DNA from: Acidobacteriota bacterium
GTDB lineage: Bacteria > Acidobacteriota > Polarisedimenticolia > J045
Reading direction: 5' to 3'
NCBI GenBank assembly: GCA_030949985.1
Contig: JAUZRX010000024.1
Span: 2,526-66,525, forward strand
Length of the DNA stretch: 64,000 nucleotides
Numbering within the stretch: the stretch's first letter is position 1; each line of letters opens with the position of its first letter. A program made the position numbers and the translations under genes. The notes under the pieces were generated by a model. That model made no database searches, was not told the DNA's origin, and worked only from the letters and a program-made list of their open reading frames with translations. Shown piece by piece: positions 50,452 through 60,724 of the stretch.

Positions 50452-51620
50452 GCAGCGCGGCCTGGCAGGCATCGCCGCGCGGCTTGGGCCCCCGGCGGGA
50501 CGGCGAGTTCCGGCGGCTGACCCTGGCGGCGCTGATCTCGGTGTCGATCCATCTTCTGCTGGCGCTGCTGCTCCTGCTCGGTGTGGATGCCGATCCTGAG
50601 GCCGAGGAGATCATCGTTCCCTTGAGCCTCGAAGCTCCTGCCGACCCGCCCCAGCCCGCACCCCCGGCACCCGAGCCGGCGGTGCCGGAGCCGGCCGAAG
50701 CCGAGCCCGCGCAGACGCCTCCACCCGATCCCGACCCGAGCCTGCTCGGCTGGAACTCCCAGGGCGATCTTCCCCGTCCTCCGGATCGCCCGCCGGGACC
50801 CGAGGCGGAGGTTCACGGCCCGCCGGAGCCCAGGGAAGGGGAGGACCGGCTCGAGGGCGCTGAAGAGCAGCCGCCGGAGCCCGATATCGACTCGCCGGCT
50901 GTCGAGACTCCTCCCGAGGCGGTTCAGGAGCCTCCCGTGGAAGAGGCTCCTGAACCGCTGGAGGAGCCCCCGCCCGAGAAGCAGCCCGAGCCTGTGGTGG
51001 AACCCGCCGACTCGCCGGCCGAGGCCGAGAGCGCGAGCGAGCCCTTGGAGGAGGGCCAGGGGCCGACGCCCCGGGAGCGGGAAGAAGTCGCCCCCGAGCG
51101 CGTTGCGCCCGAGGCGCTGCCTTTTCCTTCCCGCCCGCCGGTGCGCCGGGATCGTCCCGCGCCGCGCCGTCGACCCCTGGATTTCGACGCCGAGATCAGC
51201 GGCGGCTATTTCGGTGACCTGAAGTTCGACTCCAAGGACTACAACTGGTCCGAGTATTCCACGAAGATCTATTTCGCTGTTTACCGGGCCTGGCTGAGGG
51301 AACTGCACGCCCGGGTCTTGCGTTTCCAGCGCGACCAGACCCTGCTCGGCCTGCCTACCCTGGACGGCACGGTAACGATCCACTTCGTCTTCCATCGCGA
51401 CGGTCACGTCAGCGAGGTGGAGATTCTCGCGCCGTCTCCCGTGCCCACTCTCGACCGGGCTTCGGCCACGGCCCTGATCCGGGCGGTCTTGCCGCCCCTG
51501 CCCGCCGACTTCCCGCGGGACCAGGAGGGAATCACCTACAGCTTCACGATCCAGGGGTTCGAGTCTTCCCAGCAACTCCAGCGACGGTTGCGCTGGTCTC
51601 GAGCGAAGGGGGAGTTTTGA
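50448..51620 (+). CDS. TonB-family energy transducer (N-terminal TM, Pro/Glu-rich spacer, C-terminal TonB domain)
   Basis: TM LTLAALISVSIHLLLALLLLLGV, long PEPxxEP repeats, C-terminal ~90 aa TonB_C-like; GTG overlaps upstream stop. Confidence 0.7.
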   Translation: MSSAAWQASPRGLGPRRDGEFRRLTLAALISVSIHLLLALLLLLGVDADPEAEEIIVPLSLEAPADPPQPAPPAPEPAVPEPAEAEPAQTPPPDPDPSLLGWNSQGDLPRPPDRPPGPEAEVHGPPEPREGEDRLEGAEEQPPEPDIDSPAVETPPEAVQEPPVEEAPEPLEEPPPEKQPEPVVEPADSPAEAESASEPLEEGQGPTPREREEVAPERVAPEALPFPSRPPVRRDRPAPRRRPLDFDAEISGGYFGDLKFDSKDYNWSEYSTKIYFAVYRAWLRELHARVLRFQRDQTLLGLPTLDGTVTIHFVFHRDGHVSEVEILAPSPVPTLDRASATALIRAVLPPLPADFPRDQEGITYSFTIQGFESSQQLQRRLRWSRAKGEF

Positions 51621-51678
51621 CCCGGTTACAGGCCCCGTTCCGCCGCGGGTGCTATCATCACGGCTTTCGGAAAACCCC

Positions 51679-52929
51679 ATGGAAGACAACCCTTTGACAA
51701 GCTTTGCCGAGATGCCGCTGCGAGACGAGCTCAAACAGGTGCTCGCCCGGGCCGGCTTCGAGACTCCCACGCCGATCCAGGCCCGCTGCATCCCCCTCGC
51801 CACCGCCGGGCGGGACATCACGGGCGTGGCCCAGACCGGGACGGGGAAGACCCTGGCCTTCCTGGTGCCCATCTTCGATGCTCTCGAGCCCTGCGATGAT
51901 GTCCAGGCGATGGTGATCTGCCCCACCAGGGAACTGGCTCAGCAAGTGGGATCGGTGGCGCGCGATATCGGTGAACCCCTGGGAGTGAAGACGGCTGTCC
52001 TCTACGGCGGCACCTCCCTCGGGGGGCAGCAGAACGAACTGCGGGAACTTCCTGACGTCGTGGTGGGGACTCCGGGCCGGTTGATGGACTTTCTCAGCTC
52101 CGCCTGGCTGCGACCCCGCCGCCTGCGCTGGCTCGTGCTCGACGAAGCCGACCGCATGCTGGACATGGGCTTCATCGACGACGTGGTGAAGATCTGCTCC
52201 CGCTTGCCGCTCTCGCGGCAAACGATGCTCTTCTCCGCCACCATGCCCCCTCCCATCGAGGAGCTGACCTCCCGTTTCATGTATGAACCGGAGGTGGTGC
52301 GTATCGATGCCCAGACCCGGGTCGCGGCCGGGGTGGACCACTGCCTGTACTGGGTTCAGGAACGCGACAAGGAAAAGGCCCTGGCAGCGGTGATGGACAG
52401 GCACCGCGGCAAGAAGGCCCTGATCTTCACGGCGACCCGCGAGGCGACCAGCCAACTGGCGGCGCGTCTCCGCCGCCATGGTCATGAAGTGATCTCCCTT
52501 TCCAGTCTCCATTCGCAGAACAATCGGGAGCGGGCGCTCGATGCCTTTCGCAAGGGGGATGTGCCCGTGATGGTGGCGACGGACGTGGCCGCCCGGGGCA
52601 TCGACGTGACCGATATCGACCTGGTCGTCAATTTCGATCTGCCCCGCGGTTCGGAAGAATACATTCACCGGGTGGGTCGAACCGGTCGTGCCGAGCGCGC
52701 CGGCAGCGCCGTCAGCCTGGCCGCTCCCGGTGACGAGGGCAAATTGGCGGAAATCGAGAAGATGCTCGGTGAGCCGATTCCCCGGCAGGAGTTGCCGGGC
52801 ATCGAGACACCCGCCCGGGGGTCGTACACGCCGCGCCGCAGTGGCCGGGGTGGCGGTTCCCGCGAGGGGGGGCGGCGGAGGCGCCCCGGTCGTGGTGGTC
52901 GGGGCAGGGGAAAGGGTCAAAAGAAGTGA
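51679..52929 (+). CDS. DEAD-box ATP-dependent RNA helicase
   Basis: Q motif, AQTGTGKT, PTRELA, VLDEADRMLDMGF, SAT, C-terminal RGG-rich tail; alternative start 51649. Confidence 0.9.
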   Translation: MEDNPLTSFAEMPLRDELKQVLARAGFETPTPIQARCIPLATAGRDITGVAQTGTGKTLAFLVPIFDALEPCDDVQAMVICPTRELAQQVGSVARDIGEPLGVKTAVLYGGTSLGGQQNELRELPDVVVGTPGRLMDFLSSAWLRPRRLRWLVLDEADRMLDMGFIDDVVKICSRLPLSRQTMLFSATMPPPIEELTSRFMYEPEVVRIDAQTRVAAGVDHCLYWVQERDKEKALAAVMDRHRGKKALIFTATREATSQLAARLRRHGHEVISLSSLHSQNNRERALDAFRKGDVPVMVATDVAARGIDVTDIDLVVNFDLPRGSEEYIHRVGRTGRAERAGSAVSLAAPGDEGKLAEIEKMLGEPIPRQELPGIETPARGSYTPRRSGRGGGSREGGRRRRPGRGGRGRGKGQKK

Positions 52930-53594
52930 GCGCGATCTGGGACTTGTTCTCCAGGGGCGGGCCGGTGATGTGGCCGATTCTCGCCGCCTCTCTGCTGGCA
53001 TTGACCGTGGCGGTCGAGCGCAGTCTTGCCCTGCGTCGTTCGAAGATCATTCCCCTGGCTACCGTCCGGCAGGTGCAGGGATTGCTCGCCGGAGGGCGTG
53101 TCCGGGAGGCCGCGGAGGTTTGCCGTCACGACGGCGGGCCCTTTGCGCGGATCGTCTTCGCCGGGCTCGAGTGGTGGGAGCAGGGTACCGACGCGGTACG
53201 AGAGGCCATCGAGGATGCGGGCCGACGGGAAGCGCCCGTACTGATGCGTTGGCTGGGTGTGATCGGCACGGTCGCCTCGGTTTCGCCCCTGATGGGGCTG
53301 CTCGGGACGGTGCTCGGCATGATCAAGGTCTTCCGTACGATCTCCCTCGAGGGGCCTGGGCAGGGCCAGGGATTGTCCGCGGGCATCGCCGAGGCGCTGA
53401 TTACGACGGCCTTCGGGCTGGCCGTGGCCATCCCGGCTCTGATCGTCTTCAATCTGCTCTCATCCCGGGCCGAGCGCCTGATCCTGGATATCGAAGAGGC
53501 CTGCCACGGCGTGTTGCGCGAGCTGAGCCACCCCGCGCCCGATCGATCTCACGGTCCCGGCGAAAGTGCCGCGGTGGCCGACGGCGTGGAGTGA
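52926..53594 (+). CDS. exbB: MotA/TolQ/ExbB proton-channel protein
   Basis: 3 TM, GLLGTVLGMIKVF...GIAEALITTAFGLAVAIPA; GTG overlaps helicase stop. Confidence 0.85.
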   Translation: MSAIWDLFSRGGPVMWPILAASLLALTVAVERSLALRRSKIIPLATVRQVQGLLAGGRVREAAEVCRHDGGPFARIVFAGLEWWEQGTDAVREAIEDAGRREAPVLMRWLGVIGTVASVSPLMGLLGTVLGMIKVFRTISLEGPGQGQGLSAGIAEALITTAFGLAVAIPALIVFNLLSSRAERLILDIEEACHGVLRELSHPAPDRSHGPGESAAVADGVE

Positions 53595-53601
53595 CGCTGC
53601 C

Positions 53602-54030
53602 ATGCGCTTTCTCCAGCGCGCGCCGCGCAAGCCGAACATCGAGATCTCGCCGCTGGTCGACGTGGTCTTCTTGCTGATCATCTTCTTCGCGGTTTCCACC
53701 ACTTTTCGGGAAGGAGCCGGCTTGCCGGTGGAGTTGCCCAGCGCCGGCTCGGCGGTGATGCAGAACGCGGGACCGGTGGAGATCACCATCGGCTCCGAGG
53801 GTCGGATCGAAGTGGGAGGCAAGATCTTCCCCACACTCGAAGCTGCGACCGAAGCCATCTCCGTGGCGCTGGATGCTTCGTCCACCCGGAGCATCCTGTT
53901 ACGGGGAGACCGCAAGGCCTACTACGAGATCATCGTCAAGGTGCTCGATCTGGCCCGACGGCTCGAGGTCAAGGGCATCTCCCTGGCCACCCGTAAGGGG
54001 AGTGCGGCGGAAGAGGTTCCCCCCTCTTGA
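53602..54030 (+). CDS. exbD: ExbD/TolR biopolymer transport protein
   Basis: EISPLVDVVFLLIIFF single TM; internal ATG of track ORF 53566. Confidence 0.85.
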   Translation: MRFLQRAPRKPNIEISPLVDVVFLLIIFFAVSTTFREGAGLPVELPSAGSAVMQNAGPVEITIGSEGRIEVGGKIFPTLEAATEAISVALDASSTRSILLRGDRKAYYEIIVKVLDLARRLEVKGISLATRKGSAAEEVPPS

Positions 54031-54602
54031 GGATCATCGGCGGCAGCCTGCGTGGTCGTCGCCTGGGTGCCGTTCCGAAACGGGGGGTGCGTCCTACTGC
54101 TGATCCCGTACGGGAAGCGTTGTTCAACATTCTCGGGCCCGACGTGGTCGGGCACTTTTTCATCGATCTCTGCGCCGGCACGGGAGCGGTGGGCTTCGAG
54201 GCCCTGTCCCGGGGCGCTCGACCGGTGGTCCTGGTGGAAAAGAGCCGCGTGGCTCTTCGAGCGATCGACTCCAACATCGAACGCCTCGCCCTGGGCGACG
54301 CCGCTCACCTGCGGGTGGTACGGGCCGATGTACAGGCCTGGTTGGCCCAGGCCGGCCCCCTGGAGGGGCCGGGGGTGGTTTACGTGGATCCGCCTTACGG
54401 CGAGAGGCGTACAGGGCGCTGGGTCGACGCCCTGGTCGGGACCGGCGGGCTTCTGCCTGCCGGCGCCCTGGCCGTGGTCGAGCACCGCAGCGGACATCCG
54501 CCTCTCGTCACCGCGGGGCGTCCCTCGTGGACGCGGCGATACGGGGACACTTCCCTGAGTGCCTGGGCTGCCTCCCGGGAAACCGGCGCCGAATCCCGCT
54601 GA
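54027..54602 (+). CDS. rsmD: 16S rRNA (guanine966-N2)-methyltransferase RsmD
   Basis: RIIGGSLRGRRL...VRPTADPVREALFNIL...DLCAGTGAVGFEALSRGA...VYVDPPY; TTG start overlapping exbD stop. Confidence 0.8.
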   Translation: MRIIGGSLRGRRLGAVPKRGVRPTADPVREALFNILGPDVVGHFFIDLCAGTGAVGFEALSRGARPVVLVEKSRVALRAIDSNIERLALGDAAHLRVVRADVQAWLAQAGPLEGPGVVYVDPPYGERRTGRWVDALVGTGGLLPAGALAVVEHRSGHPPLVTAGRPSWTRRYGDTSLSAWAASRETGAESR

Positions 54603-54782
54603 GGCGGACTCCGGCGGGCGGTGGGGTCCAAACGCGAAGGTTGCGGGACCGGCACGAAAGCTTGCGAACACTGGCGAAGGGCGATTGCCCCCGAGGGGGG
54701 CGAGGATATACATTCCCTTGGGCTCCTTTCCTTGGGGAAGGACTGCCGACCGGTGGATGAAGAACACCGGTGTGGAGGATCC

Positions 54783-55994
54783 ATGGGTGTGCGAAGGGCT
54801 CTGACCTGTGTGGGCAGGCTGCTGGTGATGCTGGTGTTGGCGGGTGGCTGGGCGACGGTGGTGTCCGTGGCCCAGGGAGAAGATCCCGGAACGCGGGTGA
54901 GGGGATACGTGCCGCCACCCACGGCACTGCGACTCGTCGACGACCACTGGACCCCCTATCAGCCGCCGATGCCTCCCGAGGGTTCGCAGGTGCACGTCAT
55001 TGTCAAGGGTGACACCCTCTGGGACCTGGCTGCCCACTACTACGACGATCCCTATCTCTGGCCGGTGATCTGGGACGCCAATCGCTATGTGACCTACTCG
55101 CACTGGATCTACCCCGGCGACCCCCTGGTGGTCCCGCCCCATCCCACGGTGGTGGGTGAGGAGGGCGTTCAGACGGTCGCCGAGGCGGAGCCCGAGCCCG
55201 AGTTCATCCCCCGCCGTGTGAGAGAGGTGGAACCCGAGCCGGAGGCGGAGCCCGTCGCCCCGCCCCTTCCCCAGGGGCCTGTGCTGATTCCCGCCGTTGA
55301 ACAGCAGGAAATGATTTGTTCGGCCCAACTCGTCGAGCACTTCGATCCCACGCCCCTGTCCATTCTCGGCGCCGAGGAGCCGGAGAAAGAACTCCTGGCC
55401 CAGGCGGACATCGTCTACCTGTCGGCCGGAAGGGACATGGCCATCGAGCCGGGGGCGGAGTACATCGTCGTGCGCTCCTGGGGACGACTGCAGCGAAGCG
55501 TGGCCAAGCGTCGGCAGGATGGGCCGATCTACCTGCAGCGCCTGGGGCGCGTGCGTGTGCTGGCCAGCCATGCGGCCACGGCCACGGCGGAGATCCTCGA
55601 CGCCTGCGCGGCGATCAAGGCCGGTGATTTTCTCGTGCCGTACCGCGAGATGCCCGTCCCCATGGTCGAGCGCATCCCCTTGCAGGAATTGACGACCCCC
55701 TTCCCTGGACGGCTGAACGGCGAGGTGATCGTGGCCGCCCATCCCGAGGCGACGGTGGCCGCCTCCGGCGAAGTCGTGGGCATCGACCTGGGATCCCGGG
55801 CGGGCTTGACCGCGGGTGACCGCATCCTGTTCTGGCGGTCCGCCGAGGGGGCCGCCTCTAGGATGGGCGGTGCTTCACCCCGACGGGTCGTGGCCCAGGG
55901 GGTGGTGCTGGTGACCAACGCGGGGGGCTCGATGGTCAAGATTCTCGAGTCTCGCGCGGAGGTACGCGTGGGTGACGCCGCCGAGGTTCTCTGA
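54783..55994 (+). CDS. LysM domain-containing secreted protein
   Basis: Signal peptide MGVRRALTCVGRLLVMLVLAGGWATVVSVAQG; LysM HVIVKGDTLWDLAAHYYDDPYLWPVIWDAN; GGAGGATCC RBS. Confidence 0.7.
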   Translation: MGVRRALTCVGRLLVMLVLAGGWATVVSVAQGEDPGTRVRGYVPPPTALRLVDDHWTPYQPPMPPEGSQVHVIVKGDTLWDLAAHYYDDPYLWPVIWDANRYVTYSHWIYPGDPLVVPPHPTVVGEEGVQTVAEAEPEPEFIPRRVREVEPEPEAEPVAPPLPQGPVLIPAVEQQEMICSAQLVEHFDPTPLSILGAEEPEKELLAQADIVYLSAGRDMAIEPGAEYIVVRSWGRLQRSVAKRRQDGPIYLQRLGRVRVLASHAATATAEILDACAAIKAGDFLVPYREMPVPMVERIPLQELTTPFPGRLNGEVIVAAHPEATVAASGEVVGIDLGSRAGLTAGDRILFWRSAEGAASRMGGASPRRVVAQGVVLVTNAGGSMVKILESRAEVRVGDAAEVL

Positions 55995-56018
55995 GGCTCG
56001 GTCCGCCTGCCGGTCGGT

Positions 56019-57011
56019 TCAGGATCCGCAGGTCCGAAGGATCTTCTGCCGCAGGAGGATCGCCTCGAGGGCGAGGGAGACCGACGCCGCCAGGGCCTCG
56101 AGGGGCGGCGCGCCGGCGGGGGTGTTCTTCGGGCGATCCGCGTAGAGGGCGGCGACCAGCCGCCCGCGGACCGTGATGGGCAGGACGGCGACTGCTCCCG
56201 GCCATGTCTCCCCCCCCAAGCGTCGTAGCAGTTCCCGGTTGCCCGGGGCATCGGGCAGGGGGCCTTCGATCACCTCGCCGTCGGCGGCCAGTTTCTCGAA
56301 GACGTCTCCCGAACCCGTTTCCCAGGCCGGCCAGTCGCCCCCGGGTCGGTCCGAACCGAAGGCAGTGAGGATCGTGGCGCGGCCGTCCCGCAGGGCCAGC
56401 GCCGCACCCCGGGGAAAGAAGTGGGAGAGGGCCTCGAGAGCGATCTCGAGAACCTCGTCGCGGCTTTCCGCCCGAGCCAGGCGCCGGCCGGTTTCCTCGA
56501 GGGAAAAGGTTCTGACGGGCGTGGCCGCTGGAGGGGAAGGGGGCGTCCGGCGGGGCGGGCCCTGCGGCGTCGTGTCGGCTGTCCCCCGGCCGAAGAACTG
56601 CCCGAGGGCGTCGTTGAGCAGGATCTCCGGAGCGACGTGGGGAATGACGTTGAAGCCGGTCAGAAACGCTGCTTCGTGGATCGCCAGGCTGTCGGCCGGG
56701 TTCTGGATGGCCAGGCGCAGGTCTTCCCCTTCCACGCTGAAAGGCACGGCGTGATGGCGCCGGCAGAACTCCTCGGAGAGCAAGGTCGTGAGCTCGGGAG
56801 GCGCGGAAAGGAGGGTCTGCCGGTCCACCGACTCCACGCCGTGGAGAGCGGCCAGCGCCTGTCCGACAACGCCCTCGTCGATGAAGCCGAGTTGAACGAG
56901 GCGCGTCCCCAGGGCACCGCCGAAGGCAGCCTGGGAACGCAAAGCCTCGTCGAGCTGCTCCCGTGTGAGCTGCCCGTTTTCAATCAACCATTCGCCCAGT
57001 CTGGCCGCCAT
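56019..57011 (-). CDS. GspE_N (MshEN-like) plus GAF-like domain regulatory protein
   Basis: N-terminus LGEWLIENGQLTREQLDEALRSQAAFGGALGTRLVQLGFIDEGVVGQALA resembles T2SS-E N-terminal/MshEN fold; C-terminal ~150 aa GAF-like. Confidence 0.55.
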   Translation of the reverse strand: MAARLGEWLIENGQLTREQLDEALRSQAAFGGALGTRLVQLGFIDEGVVGQALAALHGVESVDRQTLLSAPPELTTLLSEEFCRRHHAVPFSVEGEDLRLAIQNPADSLAIHEAAFLTGFNVIPHVAPEILLNDALGQFFGRGTADTTPQGPPRRTPPSPPAATPVRTFSLEETGRRLARAESRDEVLEIALEALSHFFPRGAALALRDGRATILTAFGSDRPGGDWPAWETGSGDVFEKLAADGEVIEGPLPDAPGNRELLRRLGGETWPGAVAVLPITVRGRLVAALYADRPKNTPAGAPPLEALAASVSLALEAILLRQKILRTCGS

Positions 57012-57045
57012 CGATGGCGCCCTCCCGCGGGCTCGAGTGGGCAGG

Positions 57046-59136
57046 CTAGTGGCCCGCCTTCTCCCGCATCGCTGCCTTGCGTGACAAGCGGACGCGCCCC
57101 TGGGCGTCGATATCGATCACCTTGACCAGGACCTCATCACCTTCCTCGATCTCGTCGGTAGTGTTCTTGACCCGGTGTTCGGCGATCTCGGAGATATGAA
57201 GCAGGCCCTCGACGCCGGGGAGGATCTCCACGAAGGCACCGAAGTTGGTGGTCCGCACCACGCGGCCCATGTAGATCTTGTTCAACTCGGCCTCCGCAGT
57301 GAGTTCCTTGACGATTTCGGCGGCTCGCCGGGCGCCTTCGAGGTCCACCGAGGCGATGTCCACCCGTCCGTCGTCTTCGATGGAGATGTCGCAGCCGGTC
57401 TGTTCCTGGATCGAACGGATCACCTTGCCGCCCGGGCCGATCACGTCACGAATCTTGTCTTTCGAGATCCAGACGGTAATGATCCGCGGCGCATAGGGGG
57501 AGACATCGTCGCGGCCCTTGGCGAGAACCTCGTTCATCATGTCGAGCAGTTGGAAACGGGCCTTGCGGGCTTGCTCGAGAGCCTGGCTCATCACCTCGCG
57601 GGTCACGCCGCCGATCTTGATGTCCATCTGCAATGCGGTGATGCCGTCGACGGTGCCGGTGACTTTGAAGTCCATGTCACCGTGGTGATCCTCGGCGCCG
57701 GCGATGTCGGTCAGCACGGCGAAGTCACTGCCCTGCATCACCAGGCCCATGGCGATTCCAGCCACGGGTTTGCGCAGGGGCACGCCCGCGTCCATCAGCG
57801 AAAGGGATCCGCCGCAGACCGAGGCCATCGAAGACGAGCCATTGGATTCGAGGATGTCCGAGACCACCCGAATGGTGTAGGGAAAATCGTCGACAGAGGG
57901 AATCATCGGTCGCAGGGCCCGTTCCGCGAGCGCGCCGTGGCCGATCTCCCGGCGGCCGGGGCCGCGCAGGAATCGGACTTCACCGACTGAGAAGGGCGGG
58001 AAGTTGTAGTGCAGCATGAAGCGTTTCTCGCCTTCGAATTCGAGTGAGTCGATGCGCTGGGTGTCGGAAGCCGTGCCGAGGGTCGTCAGAACCAGGGCCT
58101 GGGTCTCGCCGCGGGTAAACAGCGCCGAGCCGTGAGTCCGGGGCAGCACGCCCACATCGATGGTCACCTTGCGGATCTCGTCGAGTTTGCGGCCATCGAG
58201 CCGGCGCTTGTGGGTCAGCACGAAGTCATGGAGGATTTCGTCCTGCAGGTCGTGGAAGATCTTCTTGATCTGACCGGCCTGCTCGGGCTGATCTTCGGGA
58301 ACCTCGGCAAGCAAGCCATCGAGAACAGCGCCGACCTGGGCGTAGGAATCGAGCTTGTTCTCGATCTGCATGGCCTCGAGCAGGGGGCCGCGGGCCGTGG
58401 CGCGAACCTTCTCCACCAGATCGGCGGGGATTTCCGGCGGGGTGAACTCGCGCTTGGGCTTTCCGGCCTCGGCAGCCAGTTCCTTCTGCGCGGCGATCAG
58501 CGGCTGGCAGGCTTCCTGGCCTTTGAAGAGCGCGGTGATGATCTCTTCTTCGGAGGCCTCGACCGCACCCGCCTCGACCATCACGATGGCTTCTTCACTG
58601 GCCGCCACGATGATATCGAGCTTGCTTTTCTTCATCTCTTCGTGGGTGGGGTTGACCAGGTACTCTCCGTCTACCAGTCCCATGCGCACGGCGGCGATCG
58701 GCGTGCTCCAGGGAATGTCCGACAGGGAGAGCGCGAACGAGGCACCGGTGACGGCCAGCACGTCCGGGTTGTGTTCACGATCCGCTGAAAGGACCAGGGC
58801 GATCACCTGGGTCTCGAAAGCCCACCCATCGGGGAACAAGGGACGCAGGGGGCGGTCGGTGAGACGGGCGGTGAGGGTCTCCTTTTCGTTGGGGCGTCCC
58901 TCGCGCTTGAAGAAGCCGCCGGGGATCTTGCCGCCGGCGTACATGTTTTCGCGGTATTCCACGGTCAGTGGAAGGAAGGGGATGTCACGGGCGGAGTTGG
59001 CCGCCTGGGCGGTGACGAGAACCACCGTATCTCCCTGGCGGATCGTCAGCGCGCCGCTGGCCTGGCGGGCCATCTTGCCCGTTTCCACGATGATCTCGTG
59101 GGGGCCTACCTGGATACTCTTCTTGACATGGGACAC
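57046..59136 (-). CDS. pnp: Polyribonucleotide nucleotidyltransferase (PNPase)
   Basis: 696 aa; two RNase PH domains, KH and S1; GTG start after AAGGAG. Confidence 0.95.
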   Translation of the reverse strand: MSHVKKSIQVGPHEIIVETGKMARQASGALTIRQGDTVVLVTAQAANSARDIPFLPLTVEYRENMYAGGKIPGGFFKREGRPNEKETLTARLTDRPLRPLFPDGWAFETQVIALVLSADREHNPDVLAVTGASFALSLSDIPWSTPIAAVRMGLVDGEYLVNPTHEEMKKSKLDIIVAASEEAIVMVEAGAVEASEEEIITALFKGQEACQPLIAAQKELAAEAGKPKREFTPPEIPADLVEKVRATARGPLLEAMQIENKLDSYAQVGAVLDGLLAEVPEDQPEQAGQIKKIFHDLQDEILHDFVLTHKRRLDGRKLDEIRKVTIDVGVLPRTHGSALFTRGETQALVLTTLGTASDTQRIDSLEFEGEKRFMLHYNFPPFSVGEVRFLRGPGRREIGHGALAERALRPMIPSVDDFPYTIRVVSDILESNGSSSMASVCGGSLSLMDAGVPLRKPVAGIAMGLVMQGSDFAVLTDIAGAEDHHGDMDFKVTGTVDGITALQMDIKIGGVTREVMSQALEQARKARFQLLDMMNEVLAKGRDDVSPYAPRIITVWISKDKIRDVIGPGGKVIRSIQEQTGCDISIEDDGRVDIASVDLEGARRAAEIVKELTAEAELNKIYMGRVVRTTNFGAFVEILPGVEGLLHISEIAEHRVKNTTDEIEEGDEVLVKVIDIDAQGRVRLSRKAAMREKAGH

Positions 59137-59370
59137 AGCTCGCTCCTTGCGTCAAAAGACGCCTGGGCCGTGGGGCGGGAGCAGGGGGAAAAGCCGTGAC
59201 GGGGAGAGTGGGCTGTGTAGCCAACGGACACGGCAAGGCGGAGGAACCCGGGGGCACCCTCGCTTTCTCGCGGCAGTTCGCGCCGACTTGCCGCAGCCTT
59301 GGCTACGCAGTCCAGTCACCCCAGACGATCTCACCCCCTCACCGCCCTGGCCGGATGAATGAGGGCCCAC

Positions 59371-59390
59371 TCCCCGGCAGGGAGCGGGGA
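59371..59390 (-). terminator. GC hairpin (TCCCCG-8nt-CGGGGA) 13 nt after rpsO stop; rpsO terminator / pnp leader processing element
   Basis: Seen in sequence within the 266-nt rpsO-pnp spacer. Confidence 0.35.
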
Positions 59391-59402
59391 AGGGAACCGC
59401 GC

Positions 59403-59672
59403 TCAGCGGCGGATTCCCAGCTTTTCGATCACCTGCCGGTACGCGGCGGGGTTCTTCCGCTTCAAAAAGCGGAGCAGCCGCCGCCGCCTGCCCACCATTT
59501 TGAGCAGGCCCAGTCGTCCGTGGTGATCGTGCTTGTGAATTTTGAAATGCTCGGTCAGGTGCTTGATCCGCGCGGTCAGTGCCGCGATCTGCACCTCCGG
59601 GGAGCCGCTGTCCGCCTCGTGACGGCGAAACTCCTGGATCTTCTCCGGGCTGAGTCCTGGTTTGTTCATCTC
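59403..59672 (-). CDS. rpsO: 30S ribosomal protein S15
   Basis: 89 aa [71 protein letters not shown]; internal ATG of track ORF 59403..59810. Confidence 0.9.
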   Translation of the reverse strand, partial: EMNKPGLSPEKIQEFRRHEADSGSPEVQIAALTARIKHLTEHFKIHKHDHHGRLGLLKMVGRRRRLLRFLKRKNPAAYRQVIEKLGIRR

Positions 59673-59803
59673 GATCTTTCTCCCGCGGGGTTCGCCCTTC
59701 GGCCCCCCCAGTCTCGCGCCGCCCCGTTCGCACCGGACGACCGACAGGGAACTGCCATCTCCAACAAGAAAGCGGTGCGCGTGGCACACCGCAGCCGAGG
59801 ATC

Positions 59804-60724
59804 CTAGCACCCGGAGTCGGGGTCGGCAAGCCCTTGGCCGAGAACGACCTCCGGGCGGATCCAGCCGTCTTTTTCCACGCGGGCCACTCCCAGCAGGCGG
59901 TGCAGGGAGTCTACCGCCCTCAGGTGTTGTTCAACGGCTGGGGGGATGGGATGGGGCGCCTGGATGGCCCTGCCGTGACAGAAATCCCGCGCGCCGGCAT
60001 CCGGGAGCTCGATGGTGGGCAGGGGCAGGGGGATGGCCGAAAGGGGGATCAGGGCTGCGCGCATGTCTTCGCGCGTGACGTCCGTTGTGACGGCCTGGCG
60101 CACCGAGAGGGGGCCGATGGCCGTGCGACGCAACACGGTCAGGTGCCCCAGGGTGCCCAATCGGCGGCCCAGGTCCCTGGCCAGCGAACGGATGTAGGTG
60201 CCGCTGGAAACCCGGGCCGCGAAGAGCAACTCGGCGGGGGCGGAGGCCTGGAGCCGCAGGCGGTGGACGGTGATCTCGATCGCCTGAAGCACGGGCGCGT
60301 GGCCCTGGCGGGCGAGCCGATGGGCCCGCGTACCGCCGATTTTCTTGGCCGAGTAGGCCGGTGGCGTCTGGCGGTAGGTGCCGCTGAGGGTGCGGCTCAA
60401 CTCCCGCAGGACTTTCCAGGGGGGAGGTTGCAGAGGAGGATCGCGACGCTCGGTCACCGTGCCTTCCAGGTCGAGGGTGTCGGTCTCTTCACCGAGCCGG
60501 ATGCGGCCGGTGTAGGTCTTGGGCCAGCCATGGAGAAAGCGAACCAATCGTGTGGCCGGGCCTACCAGGCAGGGCAGGAGTCCCGTGGCGAAGGGGTCGA
60601 GGGTCCCCGCATGCCCGACCCGGCGCAGCCCCAGGTTGCGGCGGACCCGGCGGACCACGTCGTGGCTGGTCATCCCTGCGGTCTTGTCGATCAGCAGCAG
60701 GCCGCAGGGCGTGCCTTGCTTCAT
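59804..60724 (-). CDS. truB: tRNA pseudouridine(55) synthase
   Basis: [41 protein letters not shown] catalytic Asp motif. Confidence 0.9.
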   Translation of the reverse strand: MKQGTPCGLLLIDKTAGMTSHDVVRRVRRNLGLRRVGHAGTLDPFATGLLPCLVGPATRLVRFLHGWPKTYTGRIRLGEETDTLDLEGTVTERRDPPLQPPPWKVLRELSRTLSGTYRQTPPAYSAKKIGGTRAHRLARQGHAPVLQAIEITVHRLRLQASAPAELLFAARVSSGTYIRSLARDLGRRLGTLGHLTVLRRTAIGPLSVRQAVTTDVTREDMRAALIPLSAIPLPLPTIELPDAGARDFCHGRAIQAPHPIPPAVEQHLRAVDSLHRLLGVARVEKDGWIRPEVVLGQGLADPDSGC

